Assembly (NCBI GenBank): GCA_013265495.1
Contig: MU058636.1
Coordinates: forward strand, 8,453,425-8,517,424
Reading direction: 5' to 3'
Origin: Vicugna vicugna
Lineage: Eukaryota
DNA length: 64,000 nucleotides
Below the pieces are notes generated by a model. It was not told the origin of the DNA. It searched no databases and worked only from the letters and a program-made list of their open reading frames with translations. Position numbers and translations under genes: made by a program. Within the stretch, counting starts at the first letter, position 1. Each line of letters starts with the position of its first letter. Below are positions 39,002 to 53,039 of the stretch, piece by piece.

Positions 39002-41179
39002 CTGGAGGAAAGAGAGAAACAAAGAGAAAATAACATATAAAAGAAGTACAAACTAACAGATGACGTCAAGTTCGGGCCAGGGTGATTTCTCAGGGAGGTC
39101 CAGGACAGCCGCTGCCTATCGTGCGGAAGCTGTGTCCCCCTTGATGGGGAGAGCAATACTAACCCACCCCCAAAATAAGAATTTAGTAACGGAAGTTATA
39201 ACTTATGAGCTTTAATCACAGTGACCTTCCTGGTCTGTCCTTGTCCATTTGTGATGTTTGTGAATCTGTGAATTACATCTGCCCTTGATCTTTCCAGTGG
39301 AACTTTGAAAAAAAAGGAAAGGAAACTATTACATATGAAAAAGAAGAGTCTGATTTTACTTTGGGGGAAGAAGACCAATAGGATAATAACAAAGAAAACT
39401 ACATTGTAAAGGAAAACGATTACATTTTAATCAAAATCAATGGCTTCACTTACCATACTTGGCACACCTGCCTATTGTAGAGGAAGGCCTGTAGGATACA
39501 AATCACATATAAAGGAGCGGAAGTGATGGTGTGTTGCCTTGGATATAGTAGTGACTAGTGTGGGCGTAACCGTGAGTGGTTGGTATCTGTTACAACTTAA
39601 ATGTATAGAAAACCTAACTTGGAAATCATCCCATCATTCAATTAATTGCTAATTTTTAATATTTAATGTGTAGAAAGTGTGATGTTCGTCTGGACATTTT
39701 AATTAGATAAACTACGTGATTTTAGAAAAATATTTGCTACATTAAACTTTGACCAGAAATTATTTTAAAAGTATGATTTAATTAAAATGTCAGCTTTGAA
39801 CTATTAAGCTATGTAAAAAGCACAATGAAAGTTATCCTTTGTCTTGAGGTAAATTTGTATCCTTACCAAAAAAAAAAAAGTCAAATACACTCTTTGAAAT
39901 ATCACATTACGAACCTCTATAATTAAACCTGTGTAAGAACTGAACAATAAGTTGAATTTGCTTCTTCATACACGTCACTAAAAATACATCTAAACAATTG
40001 CATCTTTTTCCTAATGATCATGTCAGGAAAAAAAAATGTACTACTGTGTAAGTCCCATCAGACTATTTCCCTTCCGTTTACATTAGTTTATATCAAAGAC
40101 CTTTACAAATGTTAATTAATTCTCTTGAAACTAACAGACAGTATATTTTAAATCTCCCTACGGAGAAAGTACAACACAAGCTCTTGATTTTGCTCAACAC
40201 TCAGACTCCTGCTTGAGTGACAATTTAAAACAATCAAGTTGGAACTAGAAGAGAATTATTTTCTATTTTTAAATCCTGATGACGGTTCTTGAATATTCCC
40301 ATGCATAGCTTCAGCATAAAATGGCTGAGGACTGAAGATACAGAAAAAATTTAAGTTGTTGGTGGTGTTGATTGTAACAAGTATCAGAGTAAGGGTTTGT
40401 GGTATCCAACACTACCTAATTCTCTCCACTCCCCACCCCAACCTTGTATTTGCCACCTTTTCCTTCAAAGACTAAGATAACAATCACCTTCCTTTTCTCA
40501 TGTCTCTTGAAAGACACACATATTTTAGTGGAGAACATCTCCCCTTCTGTTGATGGCTAATTGTATTTCTCTCCCTCTCTCCCTACCTAATCCAGCTTAG
40601 GACCACATCTCAGAATGTACAAAATACTAAATGGTGAGCATTGTTAAGGATGTGATGGGTTTCTTGAAATTTCGCACAACATTTAACACAATGCCCTGCA
40701 TGTCATAGATGCTCAAGAGACATTTTCCCCCATCAAGTGTTCTTACATAGTCCAGTGATGAGGACAGGGACAGCTAATTATAATAAAAATGCTTTAACAC
40801 ATTAACACAAAAGCGCTGTGGGATTAGAGGAGAGAAAGTGATGAATTCTATCTGGGGCTAATGGGGCCGGCAATGGATAGAGATGATATGTGGTTCAAGC
40901 TCTAATCATCCTCCGAAGTCATGCAGTCTAGTGGAGCTGCCTTGTCTAGGTCTCACAGCCAGCTGGAGCCAGTTGGATATAGAATCCGTCATCACATGGT
41001 GACCAACCGCAGCTCTGCTGCTGCCTTACTGTACCTTGGAACCCTTCTTAGCAAATTACCTCAGCTGGGACTTGCAAAATCGTAAGAGGAGGGTTTTCCA
41101 CTTTACAAATCAGAGACGCTAGTTTCTGCCCCAGTAGAATCTCCTGAGTCTAACTCAGAGTCCAGCACTTCTGTTAAGT

Positions 41180-41665
41180 GTTGAGAAACAATGCTACATG
41201 AGTATGTTCACATTCCTGCATGGTCAGGGCTTCCTGAAAAATATTGCTGGTACTCGGATTAAAAGATATTTGAATGGCAAACAAGCCTTGGACGCTAAAG
41301 ACATTCCTGAGAAATTTAGAAACATCTCCCCTAGTACCACCTGCTTGCATTCTAAGGATAAAAATCCGAGGGACCTTTGCCTCCACAGAGAGAATCTGTT
41401 TACTTTAGGAAGTGAAGGTCTTTCTCTTTCCTTCTCTAGGGGGAAGGCGGGCAGTTGACACAGCTGCGCTGTATAAGCGCTGAGATCCACGGTTTCCCAG
41501 TTCCTCTCCTGTGGTACAAATGCGTGTATGTGAAGGACTCATCTGGTCGCCCTGTGGGGTCCTGGCACACAGGGAACCAGGGCTGGGATCATTATGTACG
41601 TAAATTAGGTACGTAAATAGTTTTTTTGTTCTCTGACCCAGAAACCTTGTTTCCTGTCAGGAAGA
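41180..41665 (+). mobile_element. ERVL-class LTR (LTR40-like)
   Basis: Starts tgttgagaaacaatgctacatgag..cacattcctgca; TATA-like tgtataag at about 41470; ends ctctgacccagaaaccttgtttcctgtcag. Family assigned from memory. Confidence 0.5.
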
Positions 41666-41999
41666 AATACAGATAGGAACACTTAGTAATGATCTCTTGA
41701 TTTCATTCTTTTAACTTTACCTTTTAATTTTTTTTCCTCTTATTCACATCTATGTGCATTTACCTTAGGTCTTTAAATATAAGCATTGTTTTATAAGGTG
41801 AATTTTAAAATTCTTACAAACCAGGCTGTTCTGGGACTTTGTAGAGAACAACTGTCATTCTTTAGTTATTAAATGTATTTTCCACAGCCAGTTTCAGGAA
41901 TTAAAAGATTAACTTGAATTTTAAAGTCTGCTTTGACGCTATTTGCTAAAAATTATCCATAAAATCTATACTCCTATTTCGTCTTTGCTTGTTTGCCTG

Positions 42000-42980
42000 C
42001 AGCCATGGTGATGACTCTTGTCAGTGTCCTTTGCAGGTTCCTCTTCCTCACTTTCCCCTTAAATGTTGAGTTTGAGTCTCAAGATTCGTCTCTTCTCATT
42101 CTGTCTACGCTCCCTGGATGTTTCCTGTGATTTCAACTGTCATTTATTAAGCTGATGACTTCCACGACCCAGCCCAGACATCTCCCCCCACAGCCCTATT
42201 TGGTATTCTGCTGCCTCTTGACTTTTCCTCTTGGATATTTCACAAGTGTCTCAAACTCACAGGCCAGCATTATTGAAACTCATCTTTTCATCCTCAAACT
42301 GCTTCTCAAGGTATGCTTTCTGATCTCCATGAATGGCAGCAAATCCCCCAAGGCAGAATTTGCGGTTGATCCTAGAGTCTTCCCTTTCAAACTCCCAGTC
42401 TTTACTCTGAAATCTTATATACGTTGCTTTCCCTTCTACAGGGGTATCCTCTCTGTTAACAACAAGCACCTCTATTCCCCACAGAAATAATGATAATAGC
42501 CCACTAACTGTTCTTCCTGTCTTGAACCTTCTCTCTCCAATCATCTATTTCTTCCAGTATCATCTTTTAAAATCAGACCATCACATATCCGGCTTAATGT
42601 TCTCCTGTGACTGCAATGTCCTCCTGATGAAATTCTGACTTCCCAGCACATCCCATGAAGCTTCTGGAATATGGGTTTTGACTTCCTTTTGAGACTGGCC
42701 TGCCACTTGTACCCAAATAGGTGTGTATGGCAATTCCCAAATGACCCTCACATGTTCACCAAAATGTCTCTTCTATGAATACTGGGCCCTTTGTCTAGAA
42801 TGGATTTAAATTCTAATTCTTTTGATTCTTTAGCTGTTACTCATTTATCAAATACGTGCTGAGTCCCTACTGGGTGTCAGGCACTATCTTCAGGGTTCAC
42901 AGTCATGATCAAACAAGATATAATTCACGCCCTGCAGGCTGACAGTACAGTGAAGCAGGTGGACATTAAATAAGGAACGC
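42000..42980. mobile_element. L2 LINE remnants
   Basis: gatttcaactgtcatttattaagctgatgacttcc...ggatatttcacaagtgtctcaaactca; an inverted L2 3' end at actcatttatcaaatacgtgctgagtccctactgggtgtcaggcact. Confidence 0.65.
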
Positions 42981-44524
42981 TAATCCTCCCCTTGAGAAGT
43001 ACCCTAGACCACAGAGGAGTGGACACTGGGGTCCCGCTGACCAGAGCAGGTAGAGCCACATTAGAGAGACAGACCCAGAGTGACCTTACCCACCTCTAGC
43101 CCTTTCAGGACCATCCCTTCCTGTTCTCCTCTCCCTCAAGGATTCGTTTTCTAATATAAAAAGCTTGGTCTTGCCTTAAGCCTTCATTGCTATTTCGATT
43201 CTTTTTAAGAGAGTTACTCCTTTGCTGATCTACAAAATAGAATATTTACCCTTGGATTACTTGTCAGATTTCCATGCAGGGTGCTTTGTCTAAAGCATCT
43301 TTGATACTGGACATCTAGTAGAGTGTTTTATAGTGATAGGAGCTCAGGAGGCCTAGGTTCTAGGGTGAAGAATCACAGACATATTCAAAAGCATGGTTGT
43401 TAGAAAAGACGGACCGTTTGTAGAAATGTGAGTATCTTAATACAGCTGGAATGCAGAGGGCTTGGGAAGAGTGATGACTCAAAGAGGAAGCTGAATCCAG
43501 GTCATGAAGACATCAGCAGAAGTGTTAAGAGAGGAAGATGGATTCAATCATAATGTTGGGTTATTACGTTCCTTGAATATAGGAAAATATAGGTATGATG
43601 CATACTTATAAAGGTCAAGGAATCCATCAAAATGAGTAAAACTTAAGTTGATGCAAATTGAAAGTATTTTCATATGAAATTAAATAGAAAATGTAGGCTG
43701 GTTTTAATGTCTGATTTATAAGGTGAAAACTTTTCCCTTTCTGCAAATTGGTTAGATCATTAAGTAGGGAGAGACAATAACAAAGAATATGATTTTCTCC
43801 TGTGGTAGATAATACTAGATTAAACAATTAGTTTTAATATCTACAGCTGTCTGCCATAAAACTAAAGAACACTCAGAAAATTTCATAATTTGGAGAATAT
43901 GCTACCATTACAGCATTTCTGAAATGGAAACCACATCTGCCTTCTTTCCAGCTGATAAAAATGAGAGAGATCAATGAGAAATACTTAGAACTATGTAGGA
44001 GAATGGTACTATGAAAAATTCGACCATGACTATTAAAATAAAATGTTCTTATTCATAGTAATTTCGATTTTTGAAAATGTTATTTATATTACACATTATG
44101 TTACATAGTAGCCAAGACATAGGAATCTAATCATTTCTTCCAAATAACTGAAGATAAAAAATATAAAAGACAAGTTGTACACATGAAAAGGGGCTGCGGA
44201 ATATTTAGGGGAAAACCAGTCCTAATGCAGGTGAAGTAACATTTTATAAGTGTGCCCAGGCAGCCACAAGCCCTGGATTAACTCATATTTTATAGGTGCT
44301 GAGAAGAGGGAATGACTGACAAACCATCACCTTCAAAAATAAAGAGCATATTAAAAACAAACAAAAAGAAGCTACAATCCATGAGTTGTGAAATGCTAAT
44401 GAATCAAGGCAGTTAAAGAGGGACCACAAAGGCTGTGTGGAAGGAGGAGATTACTGAGGGCTAGAAACTTCAGGGCTCTCTTTGCACAAGGTAACACTAT
44501 TGCATTTTAAGAAAAATTCAAACC

Positions 44525-44690
44525 AACCGAGTGCTTCTGTTAAGAGCTATCCCGTGGCATTAAATGTGTTTATTAATGTAATCTTCACACACGTTCTATG
44601 GGATTTGATTATTAGTGTCATTTTACTAATAAAAAAAATTGAGGCAGAGATTAAGTAACTTGCCCCAGACCACACTGGTAGGACGACAGT
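44525..44690 (-). mobile_element. MIR
   Basis: cattttactaat...aaattgaggcagagattaagtaacttgccccagaccacac. Confidence 0.65.
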
Positions 44691-45989
44691 GGGACAGGCA
44701 GTAGCCATATCACGCATGGATCAGAGCCCAAACTATGGCTTTGGTTAGAAGGTTTCTTTTGTATATTTAAGAAAAGAAAAAATACCCACTCCGGGTGAGT
44801 GAATTGTAAGAGGATGAACCAAATCAGCCAGTACGGCCCTTCGGCCTGTTCTAGGAGGTACTCCCCCTGGAAGAAAGGGTTTTTACAGTAAGGGCTGACA
44901 GTTCATTTGGTCTGGACCCATGGCTTGGCCACAAAGACTTAGGGTGAGATTCGTGTTACTGCTGATGCACCTGCAGATGGAAGGTAAAACCCATGCAGCT
45001 CCAGCAGGGATCCCAGTTGTATCGAACTCCTTGGTCATCCTGCCTGCATCATGCTAAGGCAACCCTTTACCTGCGAGCAGCTTCAGGCATTCATCATCAT
45101 TTGACTCATTCTCTGTTTTAATCTCATTCGTGGCTCCTCTTTATGTGAAGGGCAAAATCCAAATTCTATCACGGGATATGGAAGGTCCTTCCATCCTCTC
45201 CCTGCCCCCATTTCCTGGATCATCCCTCTGAGATGCTGACTTCCTTTACACACTCAGACTCTTGCCCAGTGTGTCTTTTCTCTCTGGAATGAAAGCGCGT
45301 GTGTGTTCATGTACATGGTAGATGTCCACTCACTCTGCCCTAAATAATTGCAGAATGATGCAGCAAAGTTTGGTTCCTTCCTTGATGCTGCCATAGCCCC
45401 TTTTGGGGACCTGACCACATTGTGCATTTCTCTTTCCTTTCTGTGAACTGCTTAAAGGGCGGGGGCTTTGAAGCTCAGGCATCTTTGCATTCTCAGCAAA
45501 CAGATGGAGAGCTGGTATCTTAGTGTGACCTCATACATTCCTATTGATTGATTCACATAATGACTATTTGCCTTATTTATAGCAATCTCTTTTTGGACAC
45601 TAATAAAGTGCCTTTTCCTGAAATAGTAAGTTATAATTTATTAAAAATGAGCAAGAAAAATGGAATGATAGAACACACACAAAAAAAAGGGTAAGGAAGG
45701 GTGAGTCAACAAATCAGCGTGACATCACAGACTCCCAAAGTAGGTGTTCTTTCGACTAGCATCATCACTGAGCAGATAATACAATTGAGCCCTATTTTAA
45801 GTCACTTGCCCTAATTCACCTAGGTTGCACCTAGTAAAGGCAAGCGTGAATTCAGAGCTCCGACTCTTTTGCAACTAAAATAAAGCAAATGAAGAGGCCC
45901 ACGAAAGACATTTCAAGAGGCAAGTCCAATGGACTCACAGTATAAGCAGGAGAAGGAACAGGAGTGAAAGAGACAGAAGGATTACTCTT

Positions 45990-46200
45990 GCACACTTACT
46001 GTCTACCCGGCACTTTAAACGTATCGATCCATTTACTTCTTATGCCAACAGCATCGGGGAGACATTGTTACTTTCCTTACTTTACAGGAGAGGCACAGAG
46101 AAGTGAAGAAGCAGGTCCAGGTTCACATCACCAGCAAGTGATGGAGGAAACTACTGGGCCCAGGAAACCAGACTCTAAAGTGCATGCCATTAGCACTACC
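45990..46200 (-). mobile_element. MIR
   Basis: tttacaggagaggcacagagaagtgaag...ccaggttcacatcaccagcaagtg...ccagactctaaag. Confidence 0.6.
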
Positions 46201-46775
46201 CATGCAACTCAAGCCTTAGTCACACAAGCGAATCATTCAGAAACAACATCTCATAATTTATATTTACAATCCTAGCTGAACTCCTATGACCAAAGTGCAT
46301 CAACAAACTGCATATTTCCCGAAGAGTCTGTGTTCTCTCCATCATCGTCATCTAAGGTAATTTCTGTGTACGTTTCCATCTCTCTTTTTTCCCCTCATCT
46401 CTTTTCCTCTTCATCCCATGGGGTGGGTGAGTTGAATTTTTAACATAAATTTTCCCCTGGTGTAGTATAAAGCACAATGTTTATATTTTAATATTCAAAT
46501 AGATGTTGCACATGAAGAATTTACATTTGGAGAAAATTCAAATCCAGTATCTAAAACCATCCAGGCAAAAAATCCGCAAGTATCCATTAATTTATGTGAC
46601 TGTATCCAATAGATAACAGAGTTCTTATATGCAAAAATATATTTGTACTGTAAGTAAACTCATATCAATGGAATTTACAAAAATACTATATTTCTTAGTA
46701 TAAATATTGTATGAGAGAAGTTCCTTTTGGAATCAGCCCCATGCTTCTCTGAGCGGCAGAATAGAATCTGACAGC

Positions 46776-46920
46776 CCGCGGCTATTCAAAGTATCTTCCT
46801 TAGACCAGCAACATCAATATCACCTGATGAATCTGTAAGAAATGCAAATTTAGGCCCCTCCCTAACATTTCTGATTTAGAATTTCTGGGATTGGAGAACA
46901 GGAATCTGTGTTTTAGGAGA
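46776..46920. mobile_element. MER5A-like hAT-Charlie element
   Basis: tcaaagt...agaccagcaacatcaatatcacctg...tgtaagaaatgcaaatttaggcccc...aggaatctgtgtttta. Confidence 0.75.
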
Positions 46921-48072
46921 TATGCACTTAAAAGATACGAACTCAAAAACAGACTGTCCATCTCCCAGGCAGATACATAACCTCCTAGGTTCACATGGTA
47001 CCTTCTGTCATCTTAATAAGGTCCTCAGGCCATTCACCCTAATGCAGATAGGAAAAATGATCAGAACGTCTTTCCATTCTTAAAACACAGCTTGCTTTCC
47101 ATGAAATTGGGAGAAAATGCTCAGTCTTAATGTTTTGGCGAGTGCTGGAAACATTTTAATTGAACAATTCAGGAGACAACTTTGGGCAATTTTGACCGTG
47201 TTATAGCTGAACATGGCAGGAGCCACGAGTTTAAGAACGAGACTAAATGAATAAGAGTTCACTTACACATTAGCATTTTCCAGTTCAGATCATTAGAGTG
47301 CATGAATTATTCATGTACACCCCGTTAAATGCTCTTTATTTTTTTTACTAATTCACGAATCATTTAGAAACAAAATTTTTACAAAGAGAAAAGGAAAGAG
47401 GGGGTAAAGAAAGGCAGGAAGGAGGAGATGATAGTACTTATGTTTGAAAAACATCCTCCAAAGTACAAAATAACCCCAGCTGTCATTGCAGAACAAAACC
47501 GGTTTATGTAAATTATGTGATTTGGGATAAGACTGATGTTGTACAAAATGTGGGGGAGTGATGGGTGTGTGAGATTTCAGACACTGTCATGTTGAATGGG
47601 ATGAGAAGAAAGAAATTATATTCTAATTATATCAAACGACATTAGCTTAAACTGAAATAATAATTTCAATGTTTTGAAAGAGTAATATTTTGATCTATGT
47701 AATTTCATCGGTTAGTTGTAACTGATAAAAATAGATTTTGGTTACTGAAATGCGAGTGATGTTTGAGGTAGAGTTTTGTTAGAAGTGGAAAGGTTTAGAA
47801 ACTAGTGCAGTTATCATGAACAATTTTGAGGCATTATTCAGTTTAGATCCCTCCAAAATTGAGTAACAACTTCTAAATGTTTATTAAAATTGGTTTTATG
47901 GCTATAAATTGTATTATCTATATATTTTATTCCTATCAATAAAGTCATGAGCTGACAAATTTCACACACAGCTAACACTCTGGGTAACAGTATTAATAAA
48001 AATAATAGCAATGGAAGGTGTGTCAATACTTATCGGAACTCATGCTTTTCCCCCAAAATAAGTAGTAGTTAC

Positions 48073-48212
48073 CTTTACAAATGCAACGATTTTCAAGGAG
48101 ATTGTTGCTAAATATAAGGAGTTCATCACAAAATCCATTAGATTCCACCAATCATGGATGTAATCTTGAAGTCCACCATCCCACATTTGTTTAATTTCTC
48201 CCCATATAAAAC
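48073..48212 (-). CDS. TRPC4: TRPC4 coding exon (about exon 5): (G)[47 protein letters not shown]2-S3
   Basis: 140 nt; acceptor tacag|GT, donor AAG|gtaact; phase matches the previous exon. Confidence 0.97.
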
Positions 48213-49103
48213 CTGTAATTATAGAAAGATTCATATAAGGGTGATTTTCAATCAAATCACTAAAAACAGAGATATACAATTAGGAATTAGAGAATCTTGG
48301 AGCTGTGAGAAACTATATAGTTACACTAAACGCAGTATCTATTTTTAATAGGTAGTAATAACTGAGTCCCAGTCAGATTTTAAAACTTTCAGAACACTTA
48401 GTTAATTTGTAGAGAATTATCTTGAGGCCAATTCACTTTCTTCTCTCCATTTGATAAATTCATAAGAATGTGCAATTTTGAATCAAACTGTAATCCCTCT
48501 ATACCTATATATTTTTCACACGAAAAATATCATAACATTGATTTGTAAACAGATACTTTAAGACATTTTTCCTCCAAAGTCAAAATGACTCAGAGATTTA
48601 TGAAAAAACAGCATATCTAGTTCATGTCACTGGTTCAATACCATTAAGCAAAGTACTTTGTTGTGCTTTTGTAAACAATTAGCATCTTCAGAGATCTGAT
48701 TTCAGTTCTGGATAAAAGACTAGTAATATTCATGATACTTCATTAAAAGACCTTGTATCTAATAATAGCTTTAAAGTGACATCTGTGGAAAATACAAATC
48801 CCTTTCCTTTATTATGGTCATGTTTCTAATAGGAAATATTTTAGTTTCAAATTCCGGAAAGTATTTACCAAATGTCATTGTACATCATTATTCTATTTCC
48901 ATAATCTAATTAAAATTTTCTAAATCTATTTTTAGAGCCAAATGATGAGAAAGAGATCAAAATATCTAGAATTGGGAAATATTAAAAGGATACATATGAT
49001 CTTATAACCACATTAAAGCAAGCAAACAATGGCTCTTTTAATATAATGACAGTCTGAAATGTCAAATGTGTGTAGCACAGTTTCACATCTGTCTTACACC
49101 AGA

Positions 49104-49106
<3 letters not shown>

Positions 49107-49146
<40 letters not shown>

Positions 49147-49159
49147 AAAAAAAAAAAAA
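49107..49159. repeat. Long poly(A) tract (about 50 nt, one TAT interruption)
   Basis: Seen directly. Confidence 0.95.
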
Positions 49160-49169
49160 GACAAAAGTC

Positions 49170-50740
49170 ACATAGCTATAGAATCAGAACTTTTTATGAC
49201 CCCATCGGAGAGGTGAGAAACCAAGGACCCTATACTTCAAAGGAAAGCAGGTTCCTGCAAAAAGCATCAGCTCACCTGCGGCTGAGTGCAGGTGAGACAC
49301 ACGGGCACCAGACAAGAGAATAAGGCGATTTCAGAACAAACGTCTTAAACAGACTTCTAAAGGCTGAGTGTGAGCTAGTGTGAGAATCTAGGACCCCCGG
49401 GACACAGACAGGAGGGGGGTGTCCACTCACTTGTAAGCTCTTTTCCGTAGACCCCACCACTGCTCAAGAGGCTGGTTCTGGCGGGGAGGCGCAAAGTCCT
49501 ACCCAGGCACCTCTCCTCCAAGGAACAGAACACGTCAGCCGAGTGGGAGAAGAGGAACAAGCCCTGGGCCCAGAGTGTATGCCAGTATCATTAAAGGCTT
49601 CCTACCACGGAGGGAAGGTCAGGAAACGCTCTTCTGCCCATGACCTGCACAGTTTTACTGCCATAAGAAGGAAGGTTTGGACCTTTGAGAAGCTACATCC
49701 CTTATGGCCAGACACAGGCTTACTAGGTGTGACCCTAGACAGGGACAACAGACAATTTTCTGGTCTCACATCACCAGGCTGACAAACGCCCAGGAAGGAG
49801 CAGAAGCTGATGACCACTGCAGGAGTGATGAACGCACGGATAGAAACCCCTCTGAGGCACAGGTGCACAGGGAAGCCGGAGGCTGTGGGTGGAGCAAGAA
49901 TTCTGAGACTGGCCCCTCTTTCCTACCTGTCTTACTTCAGGCTGCTATAACAAAGCATCAGATATACAACAGAAGTTTAATTCTCTTTGTTTTGGAGGTT
50001 ACAAAGTCTAAGATCAGGGTGTCAGGGTCAGGGTCCAGCGAGAGCCCTCTTTCTTGCTGCAGACTGCTGACCTCTCTTTGTATCCTCACTTAGCAGGAAG
50101 AGAGCAAGCTATCTCTCTGGTCTGTCCTCATAAGGACACTAATCCCATTCATGAGAGCCACCCCCTCCTGACTCTATTGCCTCCCAAAGGCTCCACCTCC
50201 AAAAAGCATCACCTTGTGGGTCAAGATTTCATTGTGTGAATTTGGGGGGCACAAAGACCTGTGGCCCATAACACCACTCTAAGCAGAGGAGTATGGTAGG
50301 CTGAAACTGACTGCAGCAACAGCGAAACTCAAACCTAGCTCAGTTCCTGGCAATATTGCCTCAAATTCGTGCACTGATGTCCTAGCAAATGAAGCATGTG
50401 CATTTCCTGGCATAAACTCTATATGCTTCTGTCTAGCCTTCTGCACAGGCAGAATAAATACCTTCACAAAATACACACACGAGCAGATGCACACCATGAT
50501 ACACCATATTCAAACTGTTCAAAAAATAAATAAAAAATATTGAAGGTGTGGGGATTGGGGGTGGAGTGGACATAAGAGACACACTGCATTCAAAGGAAAA
50601 ATATGAGACTGATATCAAACTGTCTGAAGCCGTGCAGGACAGAGTGATAGCATTCAAGTGCTGAAAAGAAAAAAGAAGGTCAACTCAGGATTTTAAACAC
50701 AGCACAAGTATCTCTCATAGATGAAGGTGAACAAAAAAAG
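49170..50740 (+). mobile_element. Ancient L1 5' region (5' UTR and ORF1 remnant), interrupted by an MLT1A
   Basis: aaggctgagtgtgagctagtgtgag is typical of old L1M 5' ends; about 50650-50735 (ttcaagtgctgaaaagaaaaaa...tcaactcaggattttaaac..agcacaagtatctctcatagatgaaggtgaa) resembles the ORF1p C-terminal KVLKEK-QPRILYPAKLSF-EGE motif. Confidence 0.5.
49928..50273 (-). mobile_element. MLT1A-like ERVL-MaLR solo LTR
   Basis: tgtcttacttcaggctgctataacaaa...aagtctaagatcagggtg...ataaggacactaatcccattcatgag...cctcccaaaggctccacctcc...gaatttggggggcacaaa...ccataaca. Confidence 0.88.
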
Positions 50741-53039
50741 TTTATGTTTTAGGGGTAGATTAAAAATAGAGGAATATAATACAGTATTCATTGTGATCTA
50801 TTGCCAATATATCACAGATGTATTGAATCAAGCACATAGATGTGCTTGAAGATTTTCACAATAAAACTTTGGAAGCAGTAAAAGCCTATTCAACTCTATG
50901 GTCCATAATTATTTAGTGAAAACTAGCAATAGTTACTTAATATTATTAATGAAGTTTCACTTTCAAATTTTCTTACATTGAAATTAATAACCCAGACAAG
51001 GACTGATTTCAGCTGAATTATTATGGAGTGCATTTTAAAGTCTGTTGTAGGTTAGCGCTTTATTCTAGAGTTGGTGTTTACAACCTAGCTTCCCTTTGAG
51101 TTTTCTTTCATAAATAAATCTCTCTTGAGAGTGCAGATAAGTCTGGAGAATAATTGGGGAGGTGTAATGTTCACTGTCTCCATATTCAAGAAGTATATGA
51201 GATCTGAATATGAGAGGATGCATGCACAGATTTTAGAGCTTGTGGGAAAGTTACAATTTATATCATCTAATGCAGAAAAGTGTTCATGTATGGAAACACT
51301 GTCCCCTTCCACATTCGTGGTGCTTTTTCGTACAGCGTGTGGGTATCATCCCAGAATCCAGCACACAAACAAGACCTACATAAGGTAACTAAGGACCAAA
51401 AAGGCCATGTGACAGAAGCTATACTCCTGGTTAATGGAGAAGCCAGAACTGGACCTCAGTGTCCTTCAGCAGTGGCTCTTTGACAACACCTTCTTACTCC
51501 TGAGATTTCACAGCGTGACGTATTTGGTTTGTTTTGTTTTGCTCTAAACTCTGCCAGTTTCCAGAGATTAGAAGACGAGTGCATTGCAATTGTTGATTGA
51601 AAACAAGTATTTCAAGTTAACTTTTATCAGAAGGCACAGTGATACGAACAGACTGTGCCAGGTGAGTGAGGTGCCAGGCTCAGCTCCACTAGCAATCAGC
51701 TTCATGATCTTAGACAATCTCACCCTGTTCAGTTATCTCATTTCAAAAAAAGTTTTAATTATAAGCAGAATTCTGTATATAGAGTCATATAAGATGTATA
51801 ATTCTACCTTAATGGTATTAATAGCCAGATATTGATTCTTCCTGTTTGGATTATCAAAATTTTATGAAAACCAGTCATCACCATAGCTGCTATGAATGAT
51901 CAAAAACTGCCCTGTTCCGGAGGGCAGAGAATTGCTTTTATCTGCCCCAGAAAGCAGAACTTGGATCTTTGATATGAAAGTTATAGAAAGGCATGGAAGG
52001 GGGATCCCCTGGCAATATGAGTTTGTTCCAGACCTGGAATGGATCACCCTGTGTGGTTGAGATTCCAATCCAGAGCCTGGAGCATCTTCCATCAGTCAGA
52101 CGACAGAGAAATTCTAGCAATGAGTGGAAACCTGTTCCGCCTGACCTCTAAAGATTGTTTCAACTCTATGAATTTGTGAATCTGGTATTTTCAAAAGTTG
52201 TATGTATTCTACAATAAAAGCTATTTAAATACCTGCTAACCAACCAGAGGTTTTATATTCTCTTTCCCTTTATTGATAAGTGGTATCTCTCTCTCTCTCG
52301 TTTTTTGCTTCTACTCAACTGGAAAGCCAAATGTGATTAATTAACAGTCACCAAAATAGTTAACTTCAAATATTTTGTGGGTAATTATGTCAAAGAATAA
52401 AGATATCAAGGCTGACTGCTTTAGAGGACAAAATGGGAACCATCAGGAAGGAGTTATGAGGAAGCAGTTATGAGCTCAGGACAAAGCAACATTTAACCTG
52501 GAGCTCTTTAATATCTGAGCAGACTCTGTTCTTATCACACAGGTTCAAGGAGGTGACGCTTTCATTGGAAGTTTGAACTAGATGACTACTAAGTTTTCCT
52601 AAGAGAAAAACAAAAACTCGGAACTCGGATATATCACAGTTCCTTTGGCGTTCAAAGAGTAGACATTAAATCTGACTTGCTGAATCACACAAAAAATTAC
52701 TTACTTTGACTTTCGAAAGGCACACGTGTATGGGAAAAACAGGGCTCCTGATGAAATTGAGGACTCAGCCCATGAGTGTGTTAACCCGAGCTGTCAACCA
52801 GTTTTGCTCATGGGCTGATGGGGTTTGGGGTCTTTTGTTTTTAAAGCACCAGGTGACAGTATCACTCCAGAGGGCAGTTTGGGTCACTTTTTATAGCACC
52901 TGGTACGTTTCTGATGACCCCTAACTTCTGTTTGTTACGGGCATGTTGGTGAAGTACCAAGTTTCCTCTATTCTGGCAACATTTACGGATATTTATAAAG
53001 AAACACTAGGGGGTGTTTTAGAAAAACTCAGTGGTGCTA

